A stretch of DNA of 64,000 nt, from IMG/VR virus record IMGVR_UViG_3300010355_000588; one strand, 5' to 3'. The notes under the pieces are model-generated. The model was not told the origin of the DNA and searched no databases. It saw only the letters and a program-made list of their open reading frames with translations. The translations under genes were made by a program, and so were the position numbers. This DNA is from a virus (taxonomy: Duplodnaviria; Caudoviricetes). Below are positions 10,259 to 18,386 of this stretch, piece by piece (the first letter of the stretch is position 1; every line of letters starts with the position of its first letter).

Positions 10259-10280
10259 GCCAAAAGAAAGGGCAGTGGTT
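10259..10280 (+). repeat. 22-bp direct repeat, right copy
   Basis: Identical to 8678..8699; forms part of the sheath terminator. Confidence 0.9.
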
Positions 10281-10289
10281 AGCTGCCCT
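10262..10289 (-). terminator. Rho-independent terminator of the tail sheath gene
   Basis: Minus strand AGGGCAG-ctaacca-CTGCCCT-TTCTTTT. Confidence 0.75.
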
Positions 10290-10311
10290 GGTTGGTTAGT
10301 TAGTTAGTTAG

Positions 10312-12588
10312 TTAGATAATTTCGTTAATTATCTCGGAGAAGTTGGCTCCAACGCGAGTCGCGTAGAAATCACAGAGGATGAACTCTGCGCTTCGAACAG
10401 GATTCACAAGGAATGCTGCTCGCATTTCATTGTTTTCAATGACGTCGGGTGGGTTGTTGGTCTGGTCACAAATGATCTGATAGGCATATAGACCACCAGC
10501 ATGTAGAGCATTCTTGAAGATAGGATCAACTGTGTCCTTGAAACGTCTGCGGGTGAACACATTATTGGGCTCATGCACAAAGTAACGTGCTACCTGATAG
10601 ACATAACGCTCCAGGCGCAAGAACAGCCGTCTGACGTTGACCCTGTCGAACGCAGATTTCTTCACCTGGGTCGTTTTCTGTCCCATGGCGACGATGCCTT
10701 CGACTGGATATAGCTTCGCATAGTTGATGCTCTTGATGTAGAGTTGGTCCGTTTCCTTCTGATTTGGAGCGAACGAAATATCCACTGCTGTGTTTATGAC
10801 GCCGCGGGTCAATCCAGCTGGGTCGTTCCAGATCTGGAAGTTTGCGTCGGTATAACAATAGATTCCACCCATCCAAACAGACTGAGGCATCCAGGTTTGC
10901 GCTCCAGAATAATCGTCGATAGCCTTCAACCATGTAGCATAGAGAGCAGCATAGGAGCTATTCAATCCAGTCACATAACGAAGTTTAGGAGCGATCTTAT
11001 TGCTGAAGGTGTTCGTGGGTGCTGTCTTGCGGATGTATTTTTCGTTCTGTTCCAATACGAGGTTTCTAGGAACGTCAAGAATCGCCATACAGTCTTTACG
11101 AATGTCTTGGCAGAACGTGATAAGTTCCTGACAGACTGCGCGCCAATATTGGACGTCGTCTGCCGATGCGATTTCTTTCTTATATTGGCTTGGATCATAC
11201 TTGAGTCCTTCAGTATCAGTGAAGCCGTTCGTGACGGTTTGGCTGACATTCCAGACCTGGTTCGATTCGTCGTAGACATATTGAGGAAGACGGATCAGAG
11301 AATCGAGATCGTCATATCCATCAGCGTCTGCGGTGAACTGAGCGATAGTGGATAGACCAGCGTCAAGAACAATGTCCAGTTGGAGGGAATCGATGTCGCC
11401 GACCTTTTCCAAAATCTTCTTGATCTCAGCTTGCATGCTTTTGCCATTGATGATCTTGACGACATCGGATTCGCTGAAGCCAAAGAACGAATATTCTGAA
11501 ACATCGTTGATAAGAACGACGTCACGGTCAACGCGGGAGATCGCGGGGTTAGTAATCGTGTTGTATTCGTTCTTCGAGGAGACGTTGTAGTTCTGGGGTT
11601 TCGCGTACATGCGGAAATATCCAGAATTCTGATTGACGATGTCTCCGATATATGCAGATTTTCCAGTCGAGTTGTCTTTAGCATATTTGTGGATGCTGCC
11701 AACAAACGATTCGACGACGGAGATCTGATATTTGCCTTGGTTCTGAGGATCTTTGTACGAACGACAAATCATGAGACCGATATGGTTCGAATAATCCTTG
11801 ACGATCGAAGTACCATTTTCTGAGAATTCGATGGTTGGGAAGCGCTTCGCAAGGTCTTCTGAGAGCGAAGAATAACGAAGCTGATTAGAAAGCTTAACGT
11901 AAAGTTCGTCTTCAGACATCGTAGTAATGCTTGTGATGACCTCTGAAACATCAGTATCAGAAGCAGCTGCTGCTAGATATTGGACCTTGATGGCGTCGAC
12001 TGGATCTACTAGAACAGCAATCATGCCTTCTTTAGCAAGTTCGCCAGAGAGGGATGAGTTTTCTGTTCCATTGACCGATTTGGTTTCGTCGACAAGCAAG
12101 AAGTCGTATGACTCGAGATTTTCGTCGAAGATATTGCCGAGCTTGATCAGGTCATATGCTTCGTTCGCGATAGAAATCGCAGAATGATTGATTGCAGAAT
12201 ATTGGCTATAGAAATCAGCAGCGCCAGAAACTTCCTTCTGGAATGTTCCACCCGTGATGGCGCCTGGTTCGCTGATCGTGATTCCATACGCCTTATAGTT
12301 CTTAGCCTGGATGTTGTTGTAGGGAAGTTTGCCAACGACGGGAACCCCGCCATTGTTGATAACTTCTTCGATTGCATAATGGAAATAGCGTTCTGCTTCG
12401 TTCGTTGGTTCGCCAAAGTTGGCGACTTTATCTGAAAGCGAAGAAAGAATGACGGGTTCGGAATCAGGGCCGCGAGAGGCATATCCAAGTACAAGGGCAT
12501 ATGTTCCTTCTAGGGTCTGCGCATATTGTGACAAATCGTGCTCCCTTATCTCTACACCTGGACTCTGAATATTTCTTAACATTTTCAT
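10312..12588 (-). CDS. gp18: Tail sheath protein
   Basis: SPGVEIREHDLS N-terminus; PAGLTRG, GQKT..., SAFDRVNVRRLF, FVHEPNN, PVRSAEFI; start set at MKM with SD TAGGAG. Confidence 0.95.
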   Translation of the reverse strand: MKMLRNIQSPGVEIREHDLSQYAQTLEGTYALVLGYASRGPDSEPVILSSLSDKVANFGEPTNEAERYFHYAIEEVINNGGVPVVGKLPYNNIQAKNYKAYGITISEPGAITGGTFQKEVSGAADFYSQYSAINHSAISIANEAYDLIKLGNIFDENLESYDFLLVDETKSVNGTENSSLSGELAKEGMIAVLVDPVDAIKVQYLAAAASDTDVSEVITSITTMSEDELYVKLSNQLRYSSLSEDLAKRFPTIEFSENGTSIVKDYSNHIGLMICRSYKDPQNQGKYQISVVESFVGSIHKYAKDNSTGKSAYIGDIVNQNSGYFRMYAKPQNYNVSSKNEYNTITNPAISRVDRDVVLINDVSEYSFFGFSESDVVKIINGKSMQAEIKKILEKVGDIDSLQLDIVLDAGLSTIAQFTADADGYDDLDSLIRLPQYVYDESNQVWNVSQTVTNGFTDTEGLKYDPSQYKKEIASADDVQYWRAVCQELITFCQDIRKDCMAILDVPRNLVLEQNEKYIRKTAPTNTFSNKIAPKLRYVTGLNSSYAALYATWLKAIDDYSGAQTWMPQSVWMGGIYCYTDANFQIWNDPAGLTRGVINTAVDISFAPNQKETDQLYIKSINYAKLYPVEGIVAMGQKTTQVKKSAFDRVNVRRLFLRLERYVYQVARYFVHEPNNVFTRRRFKDTVDPIFKNALHAGGLYAYQIICDQTNNPPDVIENNEMRAAFLVNPVRSAEFILCDFYATRVGANFSEIINEII

Positions 12589-12683
12589 TATAGAAAAACT
12601 CCTAATTTGAGTTGTTAGCATTATTTATTCAAAGCGTATCAAGAAGGATAACAACTCAAAATAAGAAAGTTGCTGTGAATATT

Positions 12684-13556
12684 TTACTTAGAAGAAGCTT
12701 CTAGGAGAGAATAATCGAGTTTTCCATCTGGAGATATCTTCAACAGCAACATTTCTCCTCTGTCTCCTCTGTAGTCTGTCTGGTCGCTGCAGAAGTTTCC
12801 AAGGCTATATGCCGTCAGATGGTCTTTTCCATTTATCTGGAATTTGTCTACGCGCTGGGGCACGTGCGGGTGAGAGCCAATTATGACGTCGAACAAATTG
12901 TTCTCATGTAGATAATTAGCTATTTCTAACTGATCTTTATTTGGCTTATGAGAATATTCTGAACCCCAGTGCATGTAGCATATTTTGAAATCTACTCTAA
13001 GCTCTTCAGCCTTAGCTACGTCGTTAACCACGTCTTCATATGAGAACATATTGACAATTGAAGACAATGGCTGAGGTTTTCTATTCAGGAGCATAGTATA
13101 GTTAGAAATGGATATGCGTCTTCCTTTTCTTTCTACTATCAGTGGGTTGTTTTTTTCCTTGTCCTTGTGGTCTATGAACGCGCCGGTTCTTCCGACCTTC
13201 AGCCAATCCAGGACAGAAACCGTACGTATAAGACCAGATTGGCCACGGTCTAGAATATGGTTGTTGGCGTTTAGAAAAACGTCGAAGCCTTCTTTGCGGT
13301 GTAAATCTATAGCGAATTTGTCAGGAGCTGAAAATTCTGGAAAGCCTCGAAAAGGAGCATCGCCCAACACTGTCTCAAGATTGACGACCTTTAGATCAGC
13401 CTCTGGCGTCTTTGGATATTCGAAGTGCCATCCATTGCCACCCTTTTCAGGCTTCCATGCTTTCCTCAGGGTTTCGTCATGGACCATAGCATCGCCAACA
13501 AACAATATAGTCAGCGGCTCTATCTGTTTTTCTAAAAAGAACCGTTCGAACTTCAT
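12684..13556 (-). CDS. CapA/PGA_cap family metallophosphatase with CTS-like leader
   Basis: VGDAM.H, VNLET, ANNHILDRG, HWGSEY, IIGSHPHVPQ, AYSLGNF motifs. Confidence 0.85.
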   Translation of the reverse strand: MKFERFFLEKQIEPLTILFVGDAMVHDETLRKAWKPEKGGNGWHFEYPKTPEADLKVVNLETVLGDAPFRGFPEFSAPDKFAIDLHRKEGFDVFLNANNHILDRGQSGLIRTVSVLDWLKVGRTGAFIDHKDKEKNNPLIVERKGRRISISNYTMLLNRKPQPLSSIVNMFSYEDVVNDVAKAEELRVDFKICYMHWGSEYSHKPNKDQLEIANYLHENNLFDVIIGSHPHVPQRVDKFQINGKDHLTAYSLGNFCSDQTDYRGDRGEMLLLKISPDGKLDYSLLEASSK

Positions 13557-13855
13557 TTAAGCTTATCGCCTAGATATTTGACGTCTACGTTGCTATAGTG
13601 ATTGTCAAATTTTCTGTTGAAAGTCAAAAGTCTATATATGTCTACCATTTTGTCTTCTACCTTCTTAGAGACAGAATGTACAAAGCCAGCCAGGTTGCCT
13701 TCTTTCTTCAAGGTCTGAACTCGTCTGCCACCAATAGCATTGTCGCTTTCGATGGAATAATATCCATCCTTAGGAAAGAGACGGTCGATGGCAGCCTGTT
13801 CTTTTGAACTTATAGAATATTCTAGAATCGTTTGGATTTTTTCTTCGAACTTCAT
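13553..13855 (-). CDS. Hypothetical protein with CTS-like leader (MKFEEKIQTILE)
   Basis: Leader shared with the 37-46 kb genes; TATAAATA at 13920-13927. Confidence 0.7.
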   Translation of the reverse strand: MKFEEKIQTILEYSISSKEQAAIDRLFPKDGYYSIESDNAIGGRRVQTLKKEGNLAGFVHSVSKKVEDKMVDIYRLLTFNRKFDNHYSNVDVKYLGDKLK

Positions 13856-13867
13856 AATAGATTTCCT

Positions 13868-15442
13868 TTATTGATGCTTAATTGATTCTTTCCACCACTG
13901 TGGCATCAGCCGTTGATTGTATTTATAGAACCACAACCAGTCACTATCAAGGATATAGGCGTCAGCTTTGTCGGTTTCGGTACGTACTGAACGTCCAGTC
14001 ATCTGCATGAGCGAAATGATGGTGTTTTCGTTATACCATTGTTGTGAGATTTCCATGCGGCGCTTGATCCAACGGTCTCCGAGACATCCAAATGGCAGCT
14101 TACAGACAATGGTGAACCTCGAGAGGTCGTCTTTAAGGTCGATGCCTTCAGTCAGTGAGGGACTGATCAGCACGACGTCCTTGGAAGAAGAGGAAAGAAC
14201 CTTTTCAAGATCCTGTTGGCGAGTAACCCCCTTAGGCATGACTAGACGCTTCTTATATTTGGAAGAAATGTTTTGGATGATATATTGAGCGAACTCATAG
14301 GAGACAGTATGAATGATGCCGCGTTGGCCAACGTGCTTCTCGAGAATTTCTTCGACGGCACGGACGAGCTTCGGAAGGGTCTGCCACTTGTTCTTATAGG
14401 ATAGACTGCCAACCGACTTGATATAGATAGGACGGTTTTCCTTCGGGAAGATGGCAGGTGCCTGGATGAAGATCGTTTCCTTCGGATCGAAGTTCATGTC
14501 CTGACAATAAGTTTCCTTAGAGAGGATGGTAGCTGACATGCTGAGGGTGCGTTCTCCAAAACGAGTGAGATATTTCCTGGCGACCGGACCAGAATAGAGA
14601 AGCTTGAAGGAGATTTTCCGTTCCTTTTCGTCTTGAGTAATGACCGAGGGACGGCCTTCCAAATATTCAGCCTTCAGTTTGTTCAGCTTGTCACAAGCGT
14701 TGAAGAAGTATTTGACCTTCTTGCTTTGTTCAGTCCATCCACGCTCTTTGTGGTCCATGGATTTGAGAATTTCTGCTTCGCGATCGAGCTCGACCTCAAA
14801 GGCCGGCTGCACTTCGTCGAACAACCACTTCAGTTTGGCTTCGTCCTGGTCGTTGGGCTGAGGGAAGTTTTTTATAACATTGAAGTTGATGCCATGCTTG
14901 AGCATTTCTTTCTCGGAAATGACGGACGAACAGACGTCAACCAACATAGCGGAGATGCCATGTGCCTCATCCATAACCAGCAACTTCCTCGGCTGTTGGA
15001 GAGGGGTGAATCCCATGCGAAGGAAAATCGCATAGTTGAGGATTCCGACGGTCGAGTTGATGTAGAGGTCGTCCCGGAATTTCTTGTAGACACACGGACA
15101 GTTTTTCGTGTCTGTTTTTTCGCAAGGGGCATCGTCGCAGTTGAATTCGGGAAAAACAGAGCAAGGATAATTGGACTTGCCTTTGAGTTCAGGAATCTGG
15201 AAGTCCTTGACATATTGCGCCTGGAGCATCTTCTGGCTGGTGAGAATATACGCGGAGTCAAAGTAATTAGCTACCGAAATGCCAATGATGGATTTGCCAA
15301 TTCCAGTAGGGGCAGAAAGAACTACGTGTTTGATTCCAGCTTCATAGGCGCCAATGATTCCTTCAATGATCTCCCGTTGGTGTTTCCTGGGCTTCTCAAA
15401 TGGAAAGATCCTCGCGAAGTCTTCGTTAGTCAGTTTGAACAT
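13868..15442 (-). CDS. DinG/Rad3-family SF2 helicase
   Basis: APTGIGKS, Cys cluster, DEAH, SAT, EGIDLKDD.SRF.IVCKLPF, QMTGRSVR...ILD. Confidence 0.9.
   Translation of the reverse strand: MFKLTNEDFARIFPFEKPRKHQREIIEGIIGAYEAGIKHVVLSAPTGIGKSIIGISVANYFDSAYILTSQKMLQAQYVKDFQIPELKGKSNYPCSVFPEFNCDDAPCEKTDTKNCPCVYKKFRDDLYINSTVGILNYAIFLRMGFTPLQQPRKLLVMDEAHGISAMLVDVCSSVISEKEMLKHGINFNVIKNFPQPNDQDEAKLKWLFDEVQPAFEVELDREAEILKSMDHKERGWTEQSKKVKYFFNACDKLNKLKAEYLEGRPSVITQDEKERKISFKLLYSGPVARKYLTRFGERTLSMSATILSKETYCQDMNFDPKETIFIQAPAIFPKENRPIYIKSVGSLSYKNKWQTLPKLVRAVEEILEKHVGQRGIIHTVSYEFAQYIIQNISSKYKKRLVMPKGVTRQQDLEKVLSSSSKDVVLISPSLTEGIDLKDDLSRFTIVCKLPFGCLGDRWIKRRMEISQQWYNENTIISLMQMTGRSVRTETDKADAYILDSDWLWFYKYNQRLMPQWWKESIKHQ
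13920..13927 (-). promoter_or_regulatory. Late promoter TATAAATA inside the helicase 3' end
   Basis: Exact match upstream of the two CTS-leader genes. Confidence 0.55.
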
Positions 15443-15494
15443 GTTCCAATCTCCTTCTATTTGTCCAATATGATCTATAATTTTTCAACAATAT

Positions 15495-15524
15495 TAATAT
15501 AACATCTATTAGTAGCTTTGTCAA
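15495..15524 (-). promoter_or_regulatory. sigma70-type promoter for the DinG-like helicase
   Basis: TTGACA-17 bp-TATATT. Confidence 0.7.
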
Positions 15525-15660
15525 TAGGGCTTTAGAATTATTTTCAAATTATTTTCAAATTTTTTCCTCTTTTTTGCCAAACCTCCGCAAAATTGGAAAA
15601 ACTTTGAGTAATAGTGATTAGTATAAGGTTGGACGTTGAATGGAAGTAAGTTGTTTTAAA

Positions 15661-15740
15661 CAGTATTAATAGTTATTAATAGAATTAAGAGCTATTAATA
15701 GTATTAATGCTATTAAAACTATTAATAGCCGGCCCGGCTA
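15661..15740. repeat. Phased TATTAAT repeats plus GC hairpin; candidate origin or regulatory array
   Basis: About 7 degenerate TATTAAT units at 9-10 bp spacing, then TAGCCGGCCCGGCTA. Confidence 0.6.
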
Positions 15741-15795
15741 CTAGGCTCTAGCTACTAGAACATGCTACCAGCAACTATAAGTAAAATTGTACTAT

Positions 15796-17253
15796 ATGAA
15801 CAACCAAACCAAACGCATAGATTATACCTTATCTGGATCCAGGGTCCGGTTATCCAACATCGACCCGATGCTTCTAGACCAACTCAGACAAGCATATTCC
15901 ACCAAGAACACCAAAAGCAGATACCAGAAGCACGCGTCGGACACAGTCTGTCCAATCTCGGCCCTGGGCTCCTTCAAGATTGGAATGACATATGAGATCT
16001 ACCGATGGCTGAAGAACAACTCGCCTCGGACGCTTGAGCAGCATCTGTCGACAGATCTAAAGAAGAAGCTATTTCCGCTGAAGCCATTTCAATATGACAT
16101 TGAACTGGTCAGATCTGAGACCCACCCATATAGAGACTACCAAGAAGAAGCAATTCTGGAAGCGCTTAGATTAGGCCGAGGAATCGTCAAGCATGCCACC
16201 GGAGCCGGCAAGAGTCTCGAGATGTGGGGCATAGCCATGTCTATATTGAACTCGGTTCCAGACACTCAGATTCTAATTCTAGTACCAAACGTCCAGTTGG
16301 TAGTCCAGATATACGAAGACTTCCTTAGCTACGGCTCCACTGAGGAAGATGTCCAGATGTATTCCTCAAAAAGTACGGCCAATGCCACCTTTCGTCCGGT
16401 CGTAATAACCAATAGACAATGGATGGAGAACCATGCCACCGTCCTGCCACGTTGTTCTGTAGCCATTGTAGACGAAACTCATTTGCTGAGGAAAGGAAAT
16501 GCAGTGTCTAGCTTCATTGACAAGTTGGACACCGATATCAAGTTCGGGTTTACTGGAACCCTGCCGGAAGACCCTGAAGACAAGTGGAACATCGTGGGAA
16601 TAATCGGAGACATCATCCACGAGAGAGATCCCCACGAACTGCAAGAGGCTGGGTGGCTTGCAGATTTAGAAATAGTACCGGTTAGGATGAAGTTCAAAGA
16701 GACCTTCCACCCTGTCTTGGAAGAATATGACGACTTCAAGAAGTGGTACAAGAGGGAATGCGACTGGCTAGAGACGAACGAGCTATTGCTGGCGAAGATA
16801 GCTGAGCTTGTTGGAAAAGTTCCGGGCAACGCCATTCTCATCTTCGACCACATATCACATGGCAAAAGACTTTACGAAGCGATTAGCACTGCTTCAGCAT
16901 CGCGAGTTAGCTACATAGATGGCTCAGTAGATGTTCTAGATAGAGAAGATGTTCGCAGTTTGGCTGAAGATAGCAGTGGCAACATAATAGTCGCCAACGC
17001 AGCCTGCTTTGGAACTGGAATCAACATCAAGAACATCCACAACATCTTCCTCTGCTGCTCTGGAAAGGCAGCCACTAAGATAATTCAGATAATTGGGAGG
17101 GGATTGAGAACCCATGTCTCTAAGAAGAAGCTATATCTATTCGACGTCCATAGCAATCTGAAGTATTCCAAGAGCCACTTCCAAGATAGACTGAAGCTAT
17201 ACGAAAGATTTTATGGAAAGCAGAATCTTCCTATAAGAGAGATTTTACTTTAG
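15796..17253 (+). CDS. uvsW: UvsW-like SF2 DNA helicase
   Basis: RDYQ, ATGAGKS, DETH, FGFTGT, FGTGINIKNIHNI, QIIGRGLR. Confidence 0.9.
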   Translation: MNNQTKRIDYTLSGSRVRLSNIDPMLLDQLRQAYSTKNTKSRYQKHASDTVCPISALGSFKIGMTYEIYRWLKNNSPRTLEQHLSTDLKKKLFPLKPFQYDIELVRSETHPYRDYQEEAILEALRLGRGIVKHATGAGKSLEMWGIAMSILNSVPDTQILILVPNVQLVVQIYEDFLSYGSTEEDVQMYSSKSTANATFRPVVITNRQWMENHATVLPRCSVAIVDETHLLRKGNAVSSFIDKLDTDIKFGFTGTLPEDPEDKWNIVGIIGDIIHERDPHELQEAGWLADLEIVPVRMKFKETFHPVLEEYDDFKKWYKRECDWLETNELLLAKIAELVGKVPGNAILIFDHISHGKRLYEAISTASASRVSYIDGSVDVLDREDVRSLAEDSSGNIIVANAACFGTGINIKNIHNIFLCCSGKAATKIIQIIGRGLRTHVSKKKLYLFDVHSNLKYSKSHFQDRLKLYERFYGKQNLPIREILL

Positions 17254-17577
17254 ACTAATTCCAAGACGTGCTTCAGCTAGTTCTTCAGCAGCTATTGCCT
17301 CTGGTTCTAGCCGTCTGAACAAATTCAATAAGGCCCATTTTATTAGTGGCATTCTTTGTCTTTGCCGACGATGTATAAGTTCGTGGACGACACATGGAGT
17401 TAGTTCAAATAGCATATTGGGAGCGTCCATTAGACGGATTCTATCTTGCAAGTAGTCATACGCTCCGAACTTACACTTTGGATCGAAGAAAATTCTAACG
17501 TCAGCCGGGAGACCAAAGCCAGCTTTCTCGACGTAAGACTTCAACTTGTCATATTGTTTTAGAGTTAGCTCTTTCAT
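17245..17577 (-). CDS. Small HExxH zincin-like protein
   Basis: VVHELIHRRQ...E motif. Confidence 0.55.
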   Translation of the reverse strand: MKELTLKQYDKLKSYVEKAGFGLPADVRIFFDPKCKFGAYDYLQDRIRLMDAPNMLFELTPCVVHELIHRRQRQRMPLIKWALLNLFRRLEPEAIAAEELAEARLGISLK

Positions 17578-18386
17578 CTTTCTGGTGGAGAATTCTTATA
17601 TGGATGTATAAGAGGGAGTTTGGATTGAATATTCCATTTCCAAGCCAAATATCCTTCTATTTTTTTATGCAGATTATTATTGCTAAACGACAAATCATTA
17701 GAAAAAACTAAAAGTTCGCCAATATCTCCATTGAATCTTTGAGAGAAATATCTACCTAAAGTAGAATTTAAATTTCCATCTTTAGAACCCTTATCGTTTG
17801 CTGTCGAGCCTACTGATGAAGCATTTAAAAACATTTCTTTTCCATAACTTCCAACTCCGCCATAAACAAACGATAACTGATCTAAAGAAGGCGTGGAATA
17901 TGGATACGTAGAAGTTGAATAGTAATCATTTCCATAATGACCATGCATTATTAGTTGATTTCTCCAACCTAAAACTAACATATTAATGCTTCCATCAAAA
18001 CCGACTACTCCCCAAAACACGTTATCTGAAGAAGTGTTTGCTCCATATTCTGCCGTTCTTGTAATGACACAATATATTGAATATTTTTGGTTTCCACCCA
18101 AATATGGAGAAACAAAATTCATATATTGGTTACCAGAAAATCGAGCAACTGGTTTGGATCCATATGCTGAAACTACATATGAAGGTTCCTCTCCTGCTGG
18201 AGCGGTAGCAATTCTACCATTTTCAGACTTGTCGGCAATACTTTCTATTGCAGTCGAATCTAAAGTCAACGTAGAATAATCATCTATGTCTAACCAAAAT
18301 TGTATGTCTGGAAGATCATTTATGGTTGGTATCCAATATACGGGCATTCCTATTGATCTTCTTCTAAATGGATAAAAAGCTTGCAT
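17574..18386 (-). CDS. LamG/concanavalin-like lectin domain virion protein
   Basis: FWLD..D, DKSENG, FNGDIGELLVF, KIEGYLAWKW pattern. Confidence 0.7.
   Translation of the reverse strand: MQAFYPFRRRSIGMPVYWIPTINDLPDIQFWLDIDDYSTLTLDSTAIESIADKSENGRIATAPAGEEPSYVVSAYGSKPVARFSGNQYMNFVSPYLGGNQKYSIYCVITRTAEYGANTSSDNVFWGVVGFDGSINMLVLGWRNQLIMHGHYGNDYYSTSTYPYSTPSLDQLSFVYGGVGSYGKEMFLNASSVGSTANDKGSKDGNLNSTLGRYFSQRFNGDIGELLVFSNDLSFSNNNLHKKIEGYLAWKWNIQSKLPLIHPYKNSPPER

Noticed and set aside
10291-10315. (GTTA)n microsatellite
   Set aside because: Short run in the sheath 3' UTR that includes the stop codon; no evidence of function
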